Source: Pseudomonadota bacterium
Lineage (GTDB): Bacteria; UBA10199; 2-02-FULL-44-16; DYJF01
Reading direction: 5' to 3'
Length of the DNA stretch: 64,000 nucleotides
NCBI GenBank assembly: GCA_043823065.1
Contig: JBDRBB010000001.1
Coordinates: forward strand, 123,045-187,044
The notes under the pieces are model-generated. The model was not told the origin of the DNA, searched no databases, and saw nothing but the letters and a program-made list of their open reading frames with translations. Each line of letters starts with the position of its first letter. Within the stretch, counting starts at the first letter, position 1. Shown here in pieces: positions 18,579-30,194 of this stretch. The position numbers were made by a program, and so were the translations under genes.

Positions 18579-19025
18579 ATGACACAAAATGATTTTGATG
18601 GAGTAAAAAGGGTAATTGACCGATACCTTAGCGCTTATGAAGAAAGAAATCTTGACGCTGTGGAAGCTACAATTGCACACGATAAAGCAGTTTTAGGTAT
18701 TGGTACTGATGAAGGAGAATTTTGGAAAGGCTGGACCGAAATTAAATCAGCTAAAGAGAAACAATTAGCAGCCATTACTGAGACAACCCTGAATCGCGGT
18801 CACACTGAGATCAGCTTTGCTCAATGTGGTAAAGTGGCTTGGTTTGCCGAAGAGTTAAGTGGTGATTTTTGGGTTCAAGGAAATAAAACTACCTGTCATT
18901 TGAGGTTTACTGGTGTTTTGGAAAAAAGAGATAATAAATGGGTAATTGTCCAGTTTCATCGTTCCATGCCAGTTAAAGGATTTGCAGTGCCATATTTGGA
19001 AACCCATGGCGTTAGGTTTGATTAA
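18579..19025 (+). CDS. NTF2/SnoaL-like protein
   Basis: IGTDEGEFWKG, VAW, RFTGVLEKR..WVIVQFHRS. Confidence 0.8.
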   Translation: MTQNDFDGVKRVIDRYLSAYEERNLDAVEATIAHDKAVLGIGTDEGEFWKGWTEIKSAKEKQLAAITETTLNRGHTEISFAQCGKVAWFAEELSGDFWVQGNKTTCHLRFTGVLEKRDNKWVIVQFHRSMPVKGFAVPYLETHGVRFD

Positions 19026-19053
19026 TTAATCATTTTTCGGGGAGGAAAAAAAT

Positions 19054-21084
19054 ATGAGTCAACACACACCCTATGTACCAGAAAAATCCAAGATGAGAGA
19101 ATTCACCTTTCGAGCGCTTTTTCTTGGTGTAGTAATGGCCGTAATTTTGGGCGCGGCCAATGCCTACTTAGGTTTGAAAGCAGGTATGACTGTAGCTGCA
19201 ACTTTTCCCGCAGCTATTGTAGCCATGGCTGTTTTACGCATTTTTAAAGGAACAATATTGGAAGAAAATATTGCTCGTACTACGGCAAGTGTTGGCGAAG
19301 CTTTGGTGGCAGGTGCAATATTTACTATCCCAGCTTTTGTTATTGCCAAAATTTGGCTAGAGTTTGGCACAATGGTTCATTACCTTGAAGCTACCGCAAT
19401 TATGATTGTGGGTGGTACTATTGGTGTGCTTTTTGTTACATTACTTAGAAGAACCATGGTGGAAGAAGCCAGCTTGCCATTTCCAGAATCTGTGGCAGCA
19501 GCAGAAATTCATAAAGCTGGACGCACAGGCGGAACTGGTGCTGTCTATCTGTTTGGAGCCATGGTCTTTGGCGCTTTGGTTCAGTTCTTGGCCAAACTTA
19601 ATTTTTTCCTTCCTGTTTGGGAAAAATTTATTCCATTTTCCAAGAGCGCAGTCAATTTTGTAACCAGCCGCAATAATATGATTACCCAAGTTCCTGGTGG
19701 CGGAGGCATGATTGTTTCCACCCCAGCAGTAAGTCCTGCTTATTTTGGTGTAGGTTATATTATTGGCCCAAGACTAGCGGCCATTAACTTTGCTGGTGGT
19801 GTATTAGGTTGGGGTTTGTTTATTCCACTTCTTCTATATTTTAATGCGCCTGAATTGGAATCTGTGTTGCAAACCATGCCAGATGGGGATGGCTCTTCTC
19901 CAGTAACCTGGACTACTTTGGCTTTTGCTGCCTGGAAGTATATGGTTCGTCCAGTGGCAGTTGGCGGCATGATTGTGGGCGCTGTCAATACTCTTTATAA
20001 TATGAGGAAACAGTTGTTTGGTGGTATTGTTCGTTCCATAACAGATGTTAAAAAAGCTGCGGAAAGTGGTGAGGCTCAACCTCGTTTACAAAAAGATATT
20101 AGCTTTAAGGTAATTTTTCCTTTGGTTGGCTTATTTCTAGTTTTCATGGCAGCAATTTATTACTACTTCTGCGGTAGTTTCACAGGAGCTGTCGTTTCCG
20201 CAGTTGTGCTTTTAATTGCAGGTTTCTTTTTTGCCGCAGTAGCTGGTTATTTGGTTGGTTTAATTGGTTCGTCTTGTAACCCAATTTCAGGTTTAACTCT
20301 ATCAACTTTAATTATTGCTGCTCTATTAATGGTTGCCATTGGGGTTACTGGTCAAGCAGGTATAGCAGCAGTTTTAGGTGTTGCTGCCGTTGTTTGCTGT
20401 GTTTGCGGTGTTGCTGGAGATATGATGCAGGATATGAAGGTCGGGCATATTTTAGGTGGAACGCCTTGGAAAATGGAATTGGGCGAGATTATCGGAGTTG
20501 TTGTTGCTGGTGCTGTGCTTTTTATTCCACTTTTAATATTACACCAGGGCGACATTAATATTGGTGGCGTAGGTTTTGGTGGAAAAGATTTACCAGCTCC
20601 GCAAGCAGGTTTAATGGCCATGCTTTCCAAAGGTATTGTTACTGGTCAGATGGCTTGGCCCTTGGTTGTTTCTGGTATGTTTATGTCCTTGGCTTTTATT
20701 TTATTAAAAGCTCCAAGTCCCATGCTAATTGCTGTAGGTATGTATTTGCCATTAGAAACCACTTTTGCCATTTTTGTTGGTGGTGTTTTTCGTTACGTAA
20801 TTGATCAGTTGGTAATTCGTAAGGGCTTCAATGAAGCTCAAAGAATCAGGGTGGAAAACAATGGTGTGTTGTTGTCTTCAGGTTTAATTGCTGGTGAAGC
20901 TTTAATGGGTTTATTGATTGCTTCCTTAGCATTTTTTAATGTTGGTCTGCCCAGTATTTTTGCTGAGCCAAAAGCTTGGGTTGGCTATGTTATATTATTC
21001 ATTATAGGTTATTTATTGGTTAAAATTCCTTTAGCCAATGCCGGGAGAAAAAATGACCCAGCACCGCCAAGCGCTATGGCCTAA
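19054..21084 (+). CDS. OPT-family oligopeptide transporter
   Basis: EFTFRA, NAYLGLKAG, ENIAR, FPES, NPISG, DMKVG..LGGTP, LPAPQA; many TM helices. Confidence 0.93.
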   Translation: MSQHTPYVPEKSKMREFTFRALFLGVVMAVILGAANAYLGLKAGMTVAATFPAAIVAMAVLRIFKGTILEENIARTTASVGEALVAGAIFTIPAFVIAKIWLEFGTMVHYLEATAIMIVGGTIGVLFVTLLRRTMVEEASLPFPESVAAAEIHKAGRTGGTGAVYLFGAMVFGALVQFLAKLNFFLPVWEKFIPFSKSAVNFVTSRNNMITQVPGGGGMIVSTPAVSPAYFGVGYIIGPRLAAINFAGGVLGWGLFIPLLLYFNAPELESVLQTMPDGDGSSPVTWTTLAFAAWKYMVRPVAVGGMIVGAVNTLYNMRKQLFGGIVRSITDVKKAAESGEAQPRLQKDISFKVIFPLVGLFLVFMAAIYYYFCGSFTGAVVSAVVLLIAGFFFAAVAGYLVGLIGSSCNPISGLTLSTLIIAALLMVAIGVTGQAGIAAVLGVAAVVCCVCGVAGDMMQDMKVGHILGGTPWKMELGEIIGVVVAGAVLFIPLLILHQGDINIGGVGFGGKDLPAPQAGLMAMLSKGIVTGQMAWPLVVSGMFMSLAFILLKAPSPMLIAVGMYLPLETTFAIFVGGVFRYVIDQLVIRKGFNEAQRIRVENNGVLLSSGLIAGEALMGLLIASLAFFNVGLPSIFAEPKAWVGYVILFIIGYLLVKIPLANAGRKNDPAPPSAMA

Positions 21085-21400
21085 AGAGGTTATTGTAAAA
21101 CGTGTTTTGGAATGGGAAGACGGCCCTGAAAATAGGGCCGTCTTGCTCGTTCCCAGATTTCGCAAAGGTTTTTTGGCCAAATGGCTGCAACCAAGGCTTA
21201 AAAGGCCACATATGCGTGTGAAATTAGATGATGTGGGCACCTTTGTTTGGCGCAAATGCGATGGTCAGACCAATTATGCTTGTCTTTTAGATAGAATGCG
21301 CCAAGAGTTTGGCGAAAAAATTGAACCAGCTGAAGATCGCTTGCAACAATTCCTCACCACCCTCTATAAAAGCAATTTTGTGGAGATGTTTAAGCCCTAA
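21053..21400 (+). CDS. Stand-alone PqqD/RRE-like protein (start uncertain)
   Basis: LDDVGTFVWRKCDG...EF...DRLQQFLTTL winged-helix pattern. Confidence 0.72.
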   Translation: MTQHRQALWPKEVIVKRVLEWEDGPENRAVLLVPRFRKGFLAKWLQPRLKRPHMRVKLDDVGTFVWRKCDGQTNYACLLDRMRQEFGEKIEPAEDRLQQFLTTLYKSNFVEMFKP

Positions 21401-21447
21401 TTAATAGCATTGACGGCAAACTTTAGCTCTGTTAGAGCCCTGTCTGC

Positions 21448-22773
21448 ATGAAAAATACCCGTAAAACCTGCTATTTGCGCACATTTGGCTGCCAGATGAA
21501 TGAGCATGATTCAGCCAAAATGCGTCTGATGTTGACTGATCTCGGCTACAATTTTGCAGACCAACCAGAAGGTGCAGATTTAATTTTATACAATACCTGC
21601 ACTATTCGCGAAAAAGCCCATCAAAAAGCAGTAAGTGAATTAGGACGGGCCAAGTTTTATAAAGGGCAAAATCCAAATACTATTATTGGAATTTGTGGTT
21701 GTGTGGCTCAACAAGATGGCTTGCAGTTAGCCAGGCGTTTTCCCGAACTTGATTTAATTTTTGGCCCAGATCAAATTGCTAAATTGCCAGAACTATTAGC
21801 TCAAATTTCTAAAGCAAGACCAGTGGCAGCCCTTGATTTGATCAATAGTCTTGAGGATTATGACTTTCCTCTGGAAACTCCTAGCCAAGTTGAATCTGGC
21901 CATGCTTTTGTAACTATAATGAAGGGCTGTAACTGTGCTTGTAGTTATTGCATTGTGCCGAAAGTAAGGGGAAAAGAAGTTAGTCGGCAACCAGAAGAAG
22001 TTATCAAAGAAGTTCAAAATCTAGTAAAAAGTGGAACCAAAGAAATAACTTTATTAGGTCAGAACGTTACTGCTTACCAACAATCTGGTTTAAGTTTAGC
22101 AGGTTTAATTGCTGAAATTAGCCAGCAAACAGAGATCAAAAGAATAAGGTTTACTAGTCCGCATCCAAAAGATGTGAAACCAGATTTAATCGCTGAATAT
22201 GGAAGAAATGAAAAATTGTGTCCGCATCTGCATCTGCCAATTCAATCAGCCAGCAATGCCATGCTGAAAAAAATGATAAGGGGATATACCAGAGAAAAAT
22301 ATTTGGAAATTGTGGAAACCCTTAGAAGGGTCAGGCCAGATATTTCCATCACTTCAGATTTTATTGTTGGTTTTTGTAGTGAAACTGAAGCTGATTTTCA
22401 AGATACAATCAACTTATTAAAAGAAATTGAATTCGATTCGATTTTTGCTTTTAAATATTCAGTCCGCCCAGGAACATTTGCTGCGGAAAAATTTGCAGAT
22501 GATGTGCCAGATCAAATTAAAGACAAACGTTTAGCTCAAGTTTTAGATCTGCAGCGCGAAATAACTAGACAGTCTAATGAAAGATTGGTTGGCCAAACTT
22601 TTTCAGCTCTGGTTACTGGTTTTGATCGTCAGAATACAGGTAAATTAACTGGCAGATTGCCAAACAATAAAATTATAAATTTTACTGGAAAACCAGACTT
22701 GGTTGGGAGTATAATCACAGTTCATATTAAAAGAGCTTTGGCCAATTCTTTAGAAGGGAAATATGAGTCCTAA
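21448..22773 (+). CDS. miaB: tRNA-i6A37 methylthiotransferase
   Basis: TFGCQMNEHDS, NTCTIREKA, GCVAQ, CxxxCxxC, RIRFTSPHP, TRAM-like C-terminus. Confidence 0.95.
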   Translation: MKNTRKTCYLRTFGCQMNEHDSAKMRLMLTDLGYNFADQPEGADLILYNTCTIREKAHQKAVSELGRAKFYKGQNPNTIIGICGCVAQQDGLQLARRFPELDLIFGPDQIAKLPELLAQISKARPVAALDLINSLEDYDFPLETPSQVESGHAFVTIMKGCNCACSYCIVPKVRGKEVSRQPEEVIKEVQNLVKSGTKEITLLGQNVTAYQQSGLSLAGLIAEISQQTEIKRIRFTSPHPKDVKPDLIAEYGRNEKLCPHLHLPIQSASNAMLKKMIRGYTREKYLEIVETLRRVRPDISITSDFIVGFCSETEADFQDTINLLKEIEFDSIFAFKYSVRPGTFAAEKFADDVPDQIKDKRLAQVLDLQREITRQSNERLVGQTFSALVTGFDRQNTGKLTGRLPNNKIINFTGKPDLVGSIITVHIKRALANSLEGKYES

Positions 22774-23278
22774 AGACGAACCAATGATTCAAATGAAGGT
22801 AACAGGTCTTACTATAGATCCTTTTACCAGTATGCCCATTATTATTTTGAAAGATATGGAAGAAAAAGCTGCTCTGCCAATTTGGATTGGTTTAATTGAA
22901 GCTTCAGCTATTGCCACAGAACTGGAAAACATCCATCTTTCCAGGCCTATGACCCATGATTTGCTAAAGAATTTATTGCATTCTGTTAATATCAAGGTTG
23001 AACGAGTAACAGTGCATGATTTAGCAGACAATACTTTTTATGCCAGCATTGATCTAGATAATCACGGCACTAAAACAACTTTGGATTCGCGACCCTCAGA
23101 TGCAATTGCCTTGGCCTTGAGAACCAAAGCTCCTATTTTTGTGGCTAGGAAAGTTGTGGAAAAGTCTCGTAGAATTGACTTAGTTACGGACACCTCAACT
23201 GCTGAAGAAAGCAAAAAGAAATGGACAGAGATTTTGGAAAATCTTTCTCCTGAAGATTTTGGAAAATATAAAATGTAG
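22763..23278 (+). CDS. Bifunctional nuclease family (DUF151)
   Basis: LPIWIG..EA, RPMTHDL, DSRPSDAIALA. Confidence 0.92.
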   Translation: MSPKDEPMIQMKVTGLTIDPFTSMPIIILKDMEEKAALPIWIGLIEASAIATELENIHLSRPMTHDLLKNLLHSVNIKVERVTVHDLADNTFYASIDLDNHGTKTTLDSRPSDAIALALRTKAPIFVARKVVEKSRRIDLVTDTSTAEESKKKWTEILENLSPEDFGKYKM

Positions 23279-23295
23279 GAAGAGACCCAAAACTG

Positions 23296-23697
23296 ATGAA
23301 GTCCATTCGTTACATAGTCACAATTGCTTACGCCCTAATGATTTTTTATCTTTCTTCCCGCACTTGGTCGGGTGGACCAGAAATACCTTATTTAGACAAG
23401 CTTGCGCATATCATATTATATTTTGGTTTTGGCGGATTCATGTTGTGGGCTTTACGTATTACGCGCTTGCGTGAAAAACCATATATCACTTATTTAGCTT
23501 TCTTGCTTACTTTTTCTTATGGCTTAAGTGACGAGATTCATCAACTATTTGTGCCAGGTAGGGAATTTAGCGTGATAGATTTATATGCAGATGGCATTGG
23601 CGCAGCATTGGGAATTTTTGTGGCAACCAAACTTGTCTTGCTGAAGCAAATTGCTAAGAGCCATAAGAAGGATGTTAACTATGAAAATGAAGTTTAA
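23296..23697 (+). CDS. VanZ-like membrane protein
   Basis: DKLAH, SDEIHQLFVPGR, DLYAD. Confidence 0.88.
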   Translation: MKSIRYIVTIAYALMIFYLSSRTWSGGPEIPYLDKLAHIILYFGFGGFMLWALRITRLREKPYITYLAFLLTFSYGLSDEIHQLFVPGREFSVIDLYADGIGAALGIFVATKLVLLKQIAKSHKKDVNYENEV

Positions 23698-24190
23698 TGA
23701 CTATATCCCTGATGTTCACCAAAGTGTTTTTGTGGCTCCTAATGCTACAATTATTGGCAACGTGAATATAGGTTTGCAATCTAGTGTTTGGTTTGGTGCT
23801 GTAATCAGGGGAGATTTTGATAAAATTGAAATTGGTCAACGCACTAATATTCAAGATCTTTGCCTAATCCATACCTCAAAAAAATATTCTGTAATCATTG
23901 GTAATGATGTTACAGTTGGCCATCGCGCCCTTGTGCATGGGTGCAGAATTAAAGACAGAGTCTTGGTTGGTATGGGTTCAATTATTATGAATGGAGCAGA
24001 AATTGGTGAAGATTGTATTGTTGCTGCTGGAGCTGTAGTTACTGAAGGCACTAAGGTTCCAGACGGTTCCTTGATTATGGGCGTCCCTGGTAAAGTGAAG
24101 AGAAAATTAACTACCGAGGAACTGGAATATATTAAGCTGGCAGCAAGTCATTATATTGATTATGCGGAGTGTTATGTTAAAGGCATTTGA
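23681..24190 (+). CDS. Gamma carbonic anhydrase-like hexapeptide protein
   Basis: RGD, NIQD, VTVGHRALVHGC, hexapeptide repeats. Confidence 0.9.
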   Translation: MKMKFNDYIPDVHQSVFVAPNATIIGNVNIGLQSSVWFGAVIRGDFDKIEIGQRTNIQDLCLIHTSKKYSVIIGNDVTVGHRALVHGCRIKDRVLVGMGSIIMNGAEIGEDCIVAAGAVVTEGTKVPDGSLIMGVPGKVKRKLTTEELEYIKLAASHYIDYAECYVKGI

Positions 24191-25145
24191 AAAAAATCTG
24201 ATTAACAATCACTTGCTGGAAAAAGGCGAGAGCGTATTAGTGGCAATTTCAGGTGGAGTTGATTCCATGGTTTTGCTGCATCTTTTAGATCGCCTAAAAA
24301 AAACTTGGAAGTTAGACTTGCATGTGGCGCATGTGAATCACAATTTACGCGGTAAAGAAGCTAATGCTGATCAGGCTTTTGTGAGAAAAGTTTGTCGCCA
24401 AGCCAAAATGAAATTTCATACAGTTAAGTGGAATCCGCCGAAGCGTGGAAATATTCAGGAAGCAGCCAGAAATTTTCGTTATAAATTTTTATATGAGCAG
24501 GCACAGAAATTAAAAATAAGATACATTCTAACTGCTCATCATCAAGATGATCAGGCAGAAACGGTTTTGTTGCAGTTAATTCGAGGCAGCGGAATTAAAG
24601 GTTTATGCGGCATGACCGATATTTCGGAAATTTCGAAAAATTGTTTAATAATCAGACCATGTTTGGAATTTAGCCGCCAAGACATTGAAAAATATGCCAG
24701 AAGATTTAAGGTGGCCTATGTTGAAGATTCTTCTAATCAAAAAAAATATTATACTCGCAATAGGGTGCGGCATGAACTTATACCTTTGCTGGAGGATATT
24801 AATCCCAGTGTAAAGCAAGCAGTTGCCCAAGCTGCTTCAGCCATTAGGCATAGCCATGAGGCTCTTGATCTTATTGCCAGAACTTATGCCAATGATTATT
24901 TTTTACAAACCAGAAAGAGAATTTCCTGGGAACGTAAAAATTTTGTGGAATTGCCAAATGCTATTAGAAGGCAAGTTTTAATGGAAGCTTTTCGCAGATT
25001 AAGGGGTGATTTGAATAATCTAAATGCTGATCAGATTCGACATATGGATGATCTATCGCTTATTCAAAAAACAACTAGCCAGTATATGCTGCCTAAACAG
25101 ATTAAATTTTTTCGTAACAAAGATTTACTGGGAATTGAATGTTAA
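24174..25145 (+). CDS. tilS: tRNA(Ile)-lysidine synthetase (short form)
   Basis: SGGVDS, HVNHNLR, ARNFRY, TAHHQDDQAET, DSSN, RNRVR. Confidence 0.93.
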   Translation: MLKAFEKNLINNHLLEKGESVLVAISGGVDSMVLLHLLDRLKKTWKLDLHVAHVNHNLRGKEANADQAFVRKVCRQAKMKFHTVKWNPPKRGNIQEAARNFRYKFLYEQAQKLKIRYILTAHHQDDQAETVLLQLIRGSGIKGLCGMTDISEISKNCLIIRPCLEFSRQDIEKYARRFKVAYVEDSSNQKKYYTRNRVRHELIPLLEDINPSVKQAVAQAASAIRHSHEALDLIARTYANDYFLQTRKRISWERKNFVELPNAIRRQVLMEAFRRLRGDLNNLNADQIRHMDDLSLIQKTTSQYMLPKQIKFFRNKDLLGIEC

Positions 25146-25230
25146 TTGCTTGAATATTTACCCTACTTAAAATATAATAAAAAACTTGTCATTCTCGCGC
25201 AAGCGTAAATGACTAAATAAGGAGAGACCA

Positions 25231-27195
25231 ATGCCTCCCAAGAAACCGAGGAAAAATAATAACAAGCTTCGCCAAGCCCATAAAACAGTGGCGCTTTGGT
25301 TTTTGATTATTTTGTTGGTGTTAGGAGTATTGCATTTTATGAGCCAGCCGCCTTCAGCGACTCAGCAGCTAAGTTTCACAGATTTTCTCACAGCTGTAGA
25401 AAATAATGAAATCAAAAGCGTCAGCATTCAGGATGATGAATACACTGGTCAATATAAGCCTGGTTATGGAAACGGAGATTTTTTTACAACCATTGGTCCG
25501 GTAAACAGTGAAAAGGCTTTTGAGGTTTTGGCCAAAAGCAAAGTTAATGTTGATTATAAAAGGAAAAAAGAAACTCCTTTTTGGCAGCATATGTTGATTT
25601 CTTGGCTGCCTATGTTGCTTTTATTTGGTTTTTTCTTTTTCTCAATGCGTCAAATTCAAGTTGGTGGCGGCAAGGCTATGTCTTTTGGTCGCAGCAAGGC
25701 GCGTTTGCTGACTGAAAGCCAAAAAAAGGTAACGTTTAAAAATGTAGCAGGTTGTGACGAAGCCAAAGAAGAGTTGCAAGAAATCATTGCCTTCTTATTG
25801 GAGCCAAAAAAATTTACCACTTTGGGGGGCAGAATTCCCAAAGGTGTGCTTTTAATGGGCGCTCCAGGTACGGGCAAAACCTTGCTGGCCAGAGCAGTTG
25901 CTGGCGAAGCTGGTGTGCCTTTCTTTTCTATCAGTGGTTCTGATTTTGTGGAGATGTTTGTAGGTGTTGGCGCAGCCAGAGTTCGTGATCTATTTGAGCA
26001 AGGCAAGAAAAATGCGCCCTGTATTGTCTTTATTGATGAAATTGATGCGGTTGGCAGACACCGTGGCGCAGGTTTGGGGGGCGGTCATGATGAAAGAGAA
26101 CAAACTTTAAATCAGCTTTTGGTTGAAATGGATGGTTTTGAATCTAATGACGGTGTAATTATTATGGCTGCCACCAATCGTCCAGACGTGTTAGACCCAG
26201 CCTTGCTAAGGCCAGGGCGTTTTGATCGCCGGGTGGTTGTGCCCAGACCAGATGTTAAGGGCAGAGAAGCTATTTTAAGAGTTCATACTGAAAATAAACC
26301 CTTATCCAAAAATGTAAATTTGGCAGTAATTGCCAGAGGAACGCCGGGTTTTTCCGGAGCAGATTTGGAAAATGTGGTGAATGAAGCAGCTTTAATTGCA
26401 GCTAGAACCGATCAAGATCAGATTAACATGCATGATTTTGAGTTAGCCAAAGATAAAGTGCTGATGGGTTCTGAACGCAAGAGCATGATTATAAGTGATG
26501 AAGAAAAGCGCAATACTGCTTTTCATGAAGCTGGGCATACGTTAGTTGCCAAGCTTATTCCAGGCACAGATCCAATTCATAAAGTCACAATTATTCCCAG
26601 AGGCGCAGCTTTAGGTTTAACGCAGCAATTACCAATCGATGATCGCTATACCCAAAGTAGTGAATTTTGTGAAAAAAGTATTGCCATTCTGATGGGTGGC
26701 AGGGTTGCTGAAGAATTAATTTTTAAGCATCAAACAACTGGGGCAGGAAATGATATTGAAAGAGCAACTGAGTTGGCTCGCAAAATGGTTTGTGAATGGG
26801 GTATGAGCAAAAAAATGGGACCATTAGCTTTTGGTAAAAAAGAGGAACAAATCTTTTTGGGACGTGAAATTTCGCAACATGCTGATTATAGTGAATCAAC
26901 AGCTAGGGAAATTGATTCTGAAGTTAGACGCATTGTTATAGATAATTATAATTATGCCACAAACTTATTATCAGAACATATTGAAGTCTTAAAAAATTTG
27001 GCTGAAGCTTTGTTGGAATATGAAACTTTAGTGGATGAACAAATTGAAACAATTATGAGAGGTGAGAAGATAAAACCGGTTAAAGCTAAAGTTGAGACAG
27101 TTAAGCCAGCTAAATCTGAACAAACAGAAGGTAATCTAGAAAAAGAAGAGACAAAGAAAACCAAAATACCTGGGGTTAAATTATCAAGTGCCTAA
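25231..27195 (+). CDS. ftsH: ATP-dependent zinc metalloprotease
   Basis: Two TM helices, [31 protein letters not shown]. Confidence 0.98.
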   Translation: MPPKKPRKNNNKLRQAHKTVALWFLIILLVLGVLHFMSQPPSATQQLSFTDFLTAVENNEIKSVSIQDDEYTGQYKPGYGNGDFFTTIGPVNSEKAFEVLAKSKVNVDYKRKKETPFWQHMLISWLPMLLLFGFFFFSMRQIQVGGGKAMSFGRSKARLLTESQKKVTFKNVAGCDEAKEELQEIIAFLLEPKKFTTLGGRIPKGVLLMGAPGTGKTLLARAVAGEAGVPFFSISGSDFVEMFVGVGAARVRDLFEQGKKNAPCIVFIDEIDAVGRHRGAGLGGGHDEREQTLNQLLVEMDGFESNDGVIIMAATNRPDVLDPALLRPGRFDRRVVVPRPDVKGREAILRVHTENKPLSKNVNLAVIARGTPGFSGADLENVVNEAALIAARTDQDQINMHDFELAKDKVLMGSERKSMIISDEEKRNTAFHEAGHTLVAKLIPGTDPIHKVTIIPRGAALGLTQQLPIDDRYTQSSEFCEKSIAILMGGRVAEELIFKHQTTGAGNDIERATELARKMVCEWGMSKKMGPLAFGKKEEQIFLGREISQHADYSESTAREIDSEVRRIVIDNYNYATNLLSEHIEVLKNLAEALLEYETLVDEQIETIMRGEKIKPVKAKVETVKPAKSEQTEGNLEKEETKKTKIPGVKLSSA

Positions 27196-27198
27196 GTT

Positions 27199-27981
27199 AT
27201 GTTAATGGGTATCTTAAATATCACTCCAGATTCTTTTTCAGACGGAGGAAAATATCTTGATTTAGATCAGGCTGTGGAACAAGCCTTGAAAATGGAAGAT
27301 GAGGGCGCAGATATAATTGATATAGGTGGAGAATCCTCTCGTCCTGGTTCAACACCTGTTCACTTAGAAGAAGAATTAAAAAGAGTTATTCCAGTAGTCC
27401 AAGCTATTCGTAAACAATCAAAAATCAAGATTTCTATAGATACCACTAAAGCTGAGGTGGCCAGACAAGCCTTGGACCAGGGTGCTAATATGATTAATGA
27501 TATTAGCGCTGCCAGATTTGATTCAAAAATGTTAGAGGTGGTTAAAAGGGCTAATGTTCCAATTTGTTTAATGCATATGCAGGGTACACCCCAAAATATG
27601 CAGATTTCTCCGTCTTATAATAATGTAATCAAGGAAATTAAAAAATTCTTACAAGAAGCTATTAATAGAGCAGAACAAGCTGGAATATCGTCGGATAAAA
27701 TTTTAATTGATCCTGGAATTGGTTTTGGCAAAACAGCACAAGATAATTTGGTGATCTTAAAAAATCTGCATAAATTGTCTTTGCTAGATAAAAAAATTGT
27801 TATTGGAATATCAAGAAAATCTTTTATTGGTAAGATGTTAGGTCTTGAAGTTAAACAAAGACTTGAGGCATCGTTAGCTACTCTTTTTTTAGCGTTTCAA
27901 AATGGTGCAACAGTTTTTCGTGTACATGATGTAGGGCCAAGCAAAAGATTTCTAGATATGGTTCAACTGTTGAACATCTAA
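27199..27981 (+). CDS. folP: Dihydropteroate synthase
   Basis: GILNITPDSFSDGG, GGESSRPG, DPGIGFGK, SRKSF, RVHDV. Confidence 0.97.
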   Translation: MLMGILNITPDSFSDGGKYLDLDQAVEQALKMEDEGADIIDIGGESSRPGSTPVHLEEELKRVIPVVQAIRKQSKIKISIDTTKAEVARQALDQGANMINDISAARFDSKMLEVVKRANVPICLMHMQGTPQNMQISPSYNNVIKEIKKFLQEAINRAEQAGISSDKILIDPGIGFGKTAQDNLVILKNLHKLSLLDKKIVIGISRKSFIGKMLGLEVKQRLEASLATLFLAFQNGATVFRVHDVGPSKRFLDMVQLLNI

Positions 27982-28110
27982 CAAGTTTTCCTTTATATTA
28001 TGGTTTGATCTTTTGCTATATAAAATGTATACACTTAGTTCAATTTCGAAGATCAATTTCAGCTTAGTTTACGCAATAATGACCCAAGAATGATATAAAA
28101 AGAGGTTTTT

Positions 28111-29472
28111 ATGAGCCAAAACAAACGTAAAATTTTTGGTACAGATGGAGTAAGAGGTAAGGCTAATCTTTCGCCCATGGATTCAGAAATGGCCCTAAAC
28201 TTGGGACGTGCTGCTGCCAAAGTTTTTCGTAAAAATGGCAGGCGTTGTCGCATTGTTATAGGTAAAGATACCAGATTATCAGGATATATGATTGAAACAG
28301 CTTTAGCTTCTGGAATTTGTTCCATGGGTGCTGATGTTTGTCTGGTTGGTCCATTGCCTACGCCAGGAATTGCTTTTATCACGCGCAGTATGCGTGCTGA
28401 TGCTGGAGTAGTAATTTCAGCATCGCATAATAGTTACGATGACAATGGCATAAAGTTTTTTGATAGTTATGGCTTTAAGCTTCCAGATGAAGTTGAATTA
28501 AAAATGGAAAATTTTATTTTACGGGGAAATATGACTGATGACCGGCCTACAGGAGAAAGAGTAGGTAAGGCTGTGCGTATTGATGATGCAGGTGGACGCT
28601 ATATTCAATTTTTGAAAACTACTTTTCCCCAGCACTCACTCTTGGAAGATTTTACCTTGGTTGTGGATTGCGCAAATGGAGCTGGTTATAAAGTTGCGCC
28701 AGCTGTGTTTGAGGAGCTTGGCGCCAGGGTAATTAAAATTGGCACCACTCCTGATGGTTCCAATATTAATAAGGGTTGCGGTTCCACAGATACGGTACGT
28801 ATGCAAGAAGTAGTGCGTCAAACCGGAGCAGACTGCGGAATTGCCCTGGACGGCGATGCAGATCGGATAATTATGTGCGATGAAAAAGGGGAAGTTGTTG
28901 ATGGAGATGCTTTAATGGCTATCTGCGCAGATCGCATGCGCAAAAATCAGACATTGTCCAAGAATACCTTGGTGGCTACAGTTATGAGCAATTTGGCCCT
29001 TGATCATGCCATGCAAAAAGCTGGTATTAATGTGGTTCGCACTGCAGTTGGCGATCGCTATGTAATTCAGGCTATGCGCGATAATGAATATAATATAGGT
29101 GGCGAGCAATCCGGCCATTTAATTTTCTTAAACCACAATACCACAGGAGATGGGATCTTGGGTGCTTTGCAGATTTTATCTATTATGATGCAGGAAGGTA
29201 AAAAACTTTCTGAGCTAAAGCAGATATTGGAACCTTTTCCTCAGGTATTGGTTAATTTAAAAGTTAGAGAAAAGAGAGATTTTTCCGTGATTCCAGAAAT
29301 TAACAAAACCATTTCAAGATGCGAGCGTGAATTAGGAAGCGATGGCCGTTTGGTTATTCGTTATTCAGGAACGGAAAACATCGCCCGGATTATGGTGGAA
29401 GGTAAATATCAAGATCGGATTAATGAGATGGCTAATCAACTAGCTGGTCTGATTAGTACGCATTTAGGATAG
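28111..29472 (+). CDS. glmM: Phosphoglucosamine mutase
   Basis: [33 protein letters not shown]. Confidence 0.97.
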   Translation: MSQNKRKIFGTDGVRGKANLSPMDSEMALNLGRAAAKVFRKNGRRCRIVIGKDTRLSGYMIETALASGICSMGADVCLVGPLPTPGIAFITRSMRADAGVVISASHNSYDDNGIKFFDSYGFKLPDEVELKMENFILRGNMTDDRPTGERVGKAVRIDDAGGRYIQFLKTTFPQHSLLEDFTLVVDCANGAGYKVAPAVFEELGARVIKIGTTPDGSNINKGCGSTDTVRMQEVVRQTGADCGIALDGDADRIIMCDEKGEVVDGDALMAICADRMRKNQTLSKNTLVATVMSNLALDHAMQKAGINVVRTAVGDRYVIQAMRDNEYNIGGEQSGHLIFLNHNTTGDGILGALQILSIMMQEGKKLSELKQILEPFPQVLVNLKVREKRDFSVIPEINKTISRCERELGSDGRLVIRYSGTENIARIMVEGKYQDRINEMANQLAGLISTHLG

Positions 29473-29477
29473 AAACA

Positions 29478-30194
29478 ATGCTCAGATTAGGTGTAAACAT
29501 AGATCATGTAGCAACAATTCGTCAGGCTCGTGGTACATCATATCCCAACATCTTGGAAGCAGCCAAATTAGCCTGTCTTGGTGGTGCAGATCAAATCACC
29601 GTACATTTGCGTGAGGATCGGCGCCATATTCAAGATGCAGATGTGTATGAACTTAAGTCTGCCCTTAAGAAAATTCCCTTGAATTTGGAAATGGCGGCTG
29701 TGGATGAAATTGTGAAAATTGCCTTAAATCTTAAGCCTCAAATTTGCACACTTGTTCCAGAAAAAAGACAGGAGCAAACCACGGAAAGTGGTTTAAATCT
29801 GATTAAAGATTTTAATCTCCTGCAATCAGCGTTGAAAACAATACAAGCAGCTAAAATTCAAGTAAGTTTATTTATAGAGCCTAATTTAGAAGATGTTAGA
29901 GCAGCCAAGGAATTAAAAGCAGAAATAGTGGAATTTCACACCGGTCCTTATGCTTTAGCCATTGACGCTGCTCTTAAAAAGAAAGAGCTAGAAAAAATCA
30001 AAAAAGCTGCATGTCTGGCTAAACAAGCCAGGCTTAAAGTTGCGGCTGGTCATGGTTTGCATTATGAAAATACTACCGAACTTATCCAAACTGTGCCAGA
30101 AATTGAAGAACTAAATATTGGCCATGCCATTGTGGCCAGAGCCGTCTTTATAGGTTTAGAAGGTGCTGTAAGGGAAATGAAGGAATTATTATGA
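29478..30194 (+). CDS. pdxJ: Pyridoxine 5'-phosphate synthase
   Basis: LGVNIDHVATIRQAR, HLREDRRHI, AGHGL, ELNIGH. Confidence 0.97.
   Translation: MLRLGVNIDHVATIRQARGTSYPNILEAAKLACLGGADQITVHLREDRRHIQDADVYELKSALKKIPLNLEMAAVDEIVKIALNLKPQICTLVPEKRQEQTTESGLNLIKDFNLLQSALKTIQAAKIQVSLFIEPNLEDVRAAKELKAEIVEFHTGPYALAIDAALKKKELEKIKKAACLAKQARLKVAAGHGLHYENTTELIQTVPEIEELNIGHAIVARAVFIGLEGAVREMKELL

Noticed and set aside
21053..22773. RiPP cluster (RRE + radical SAM + transporter)
   Set aside because: The radical SAM protein is a canonical MiaB and no precursor peptide is visible.
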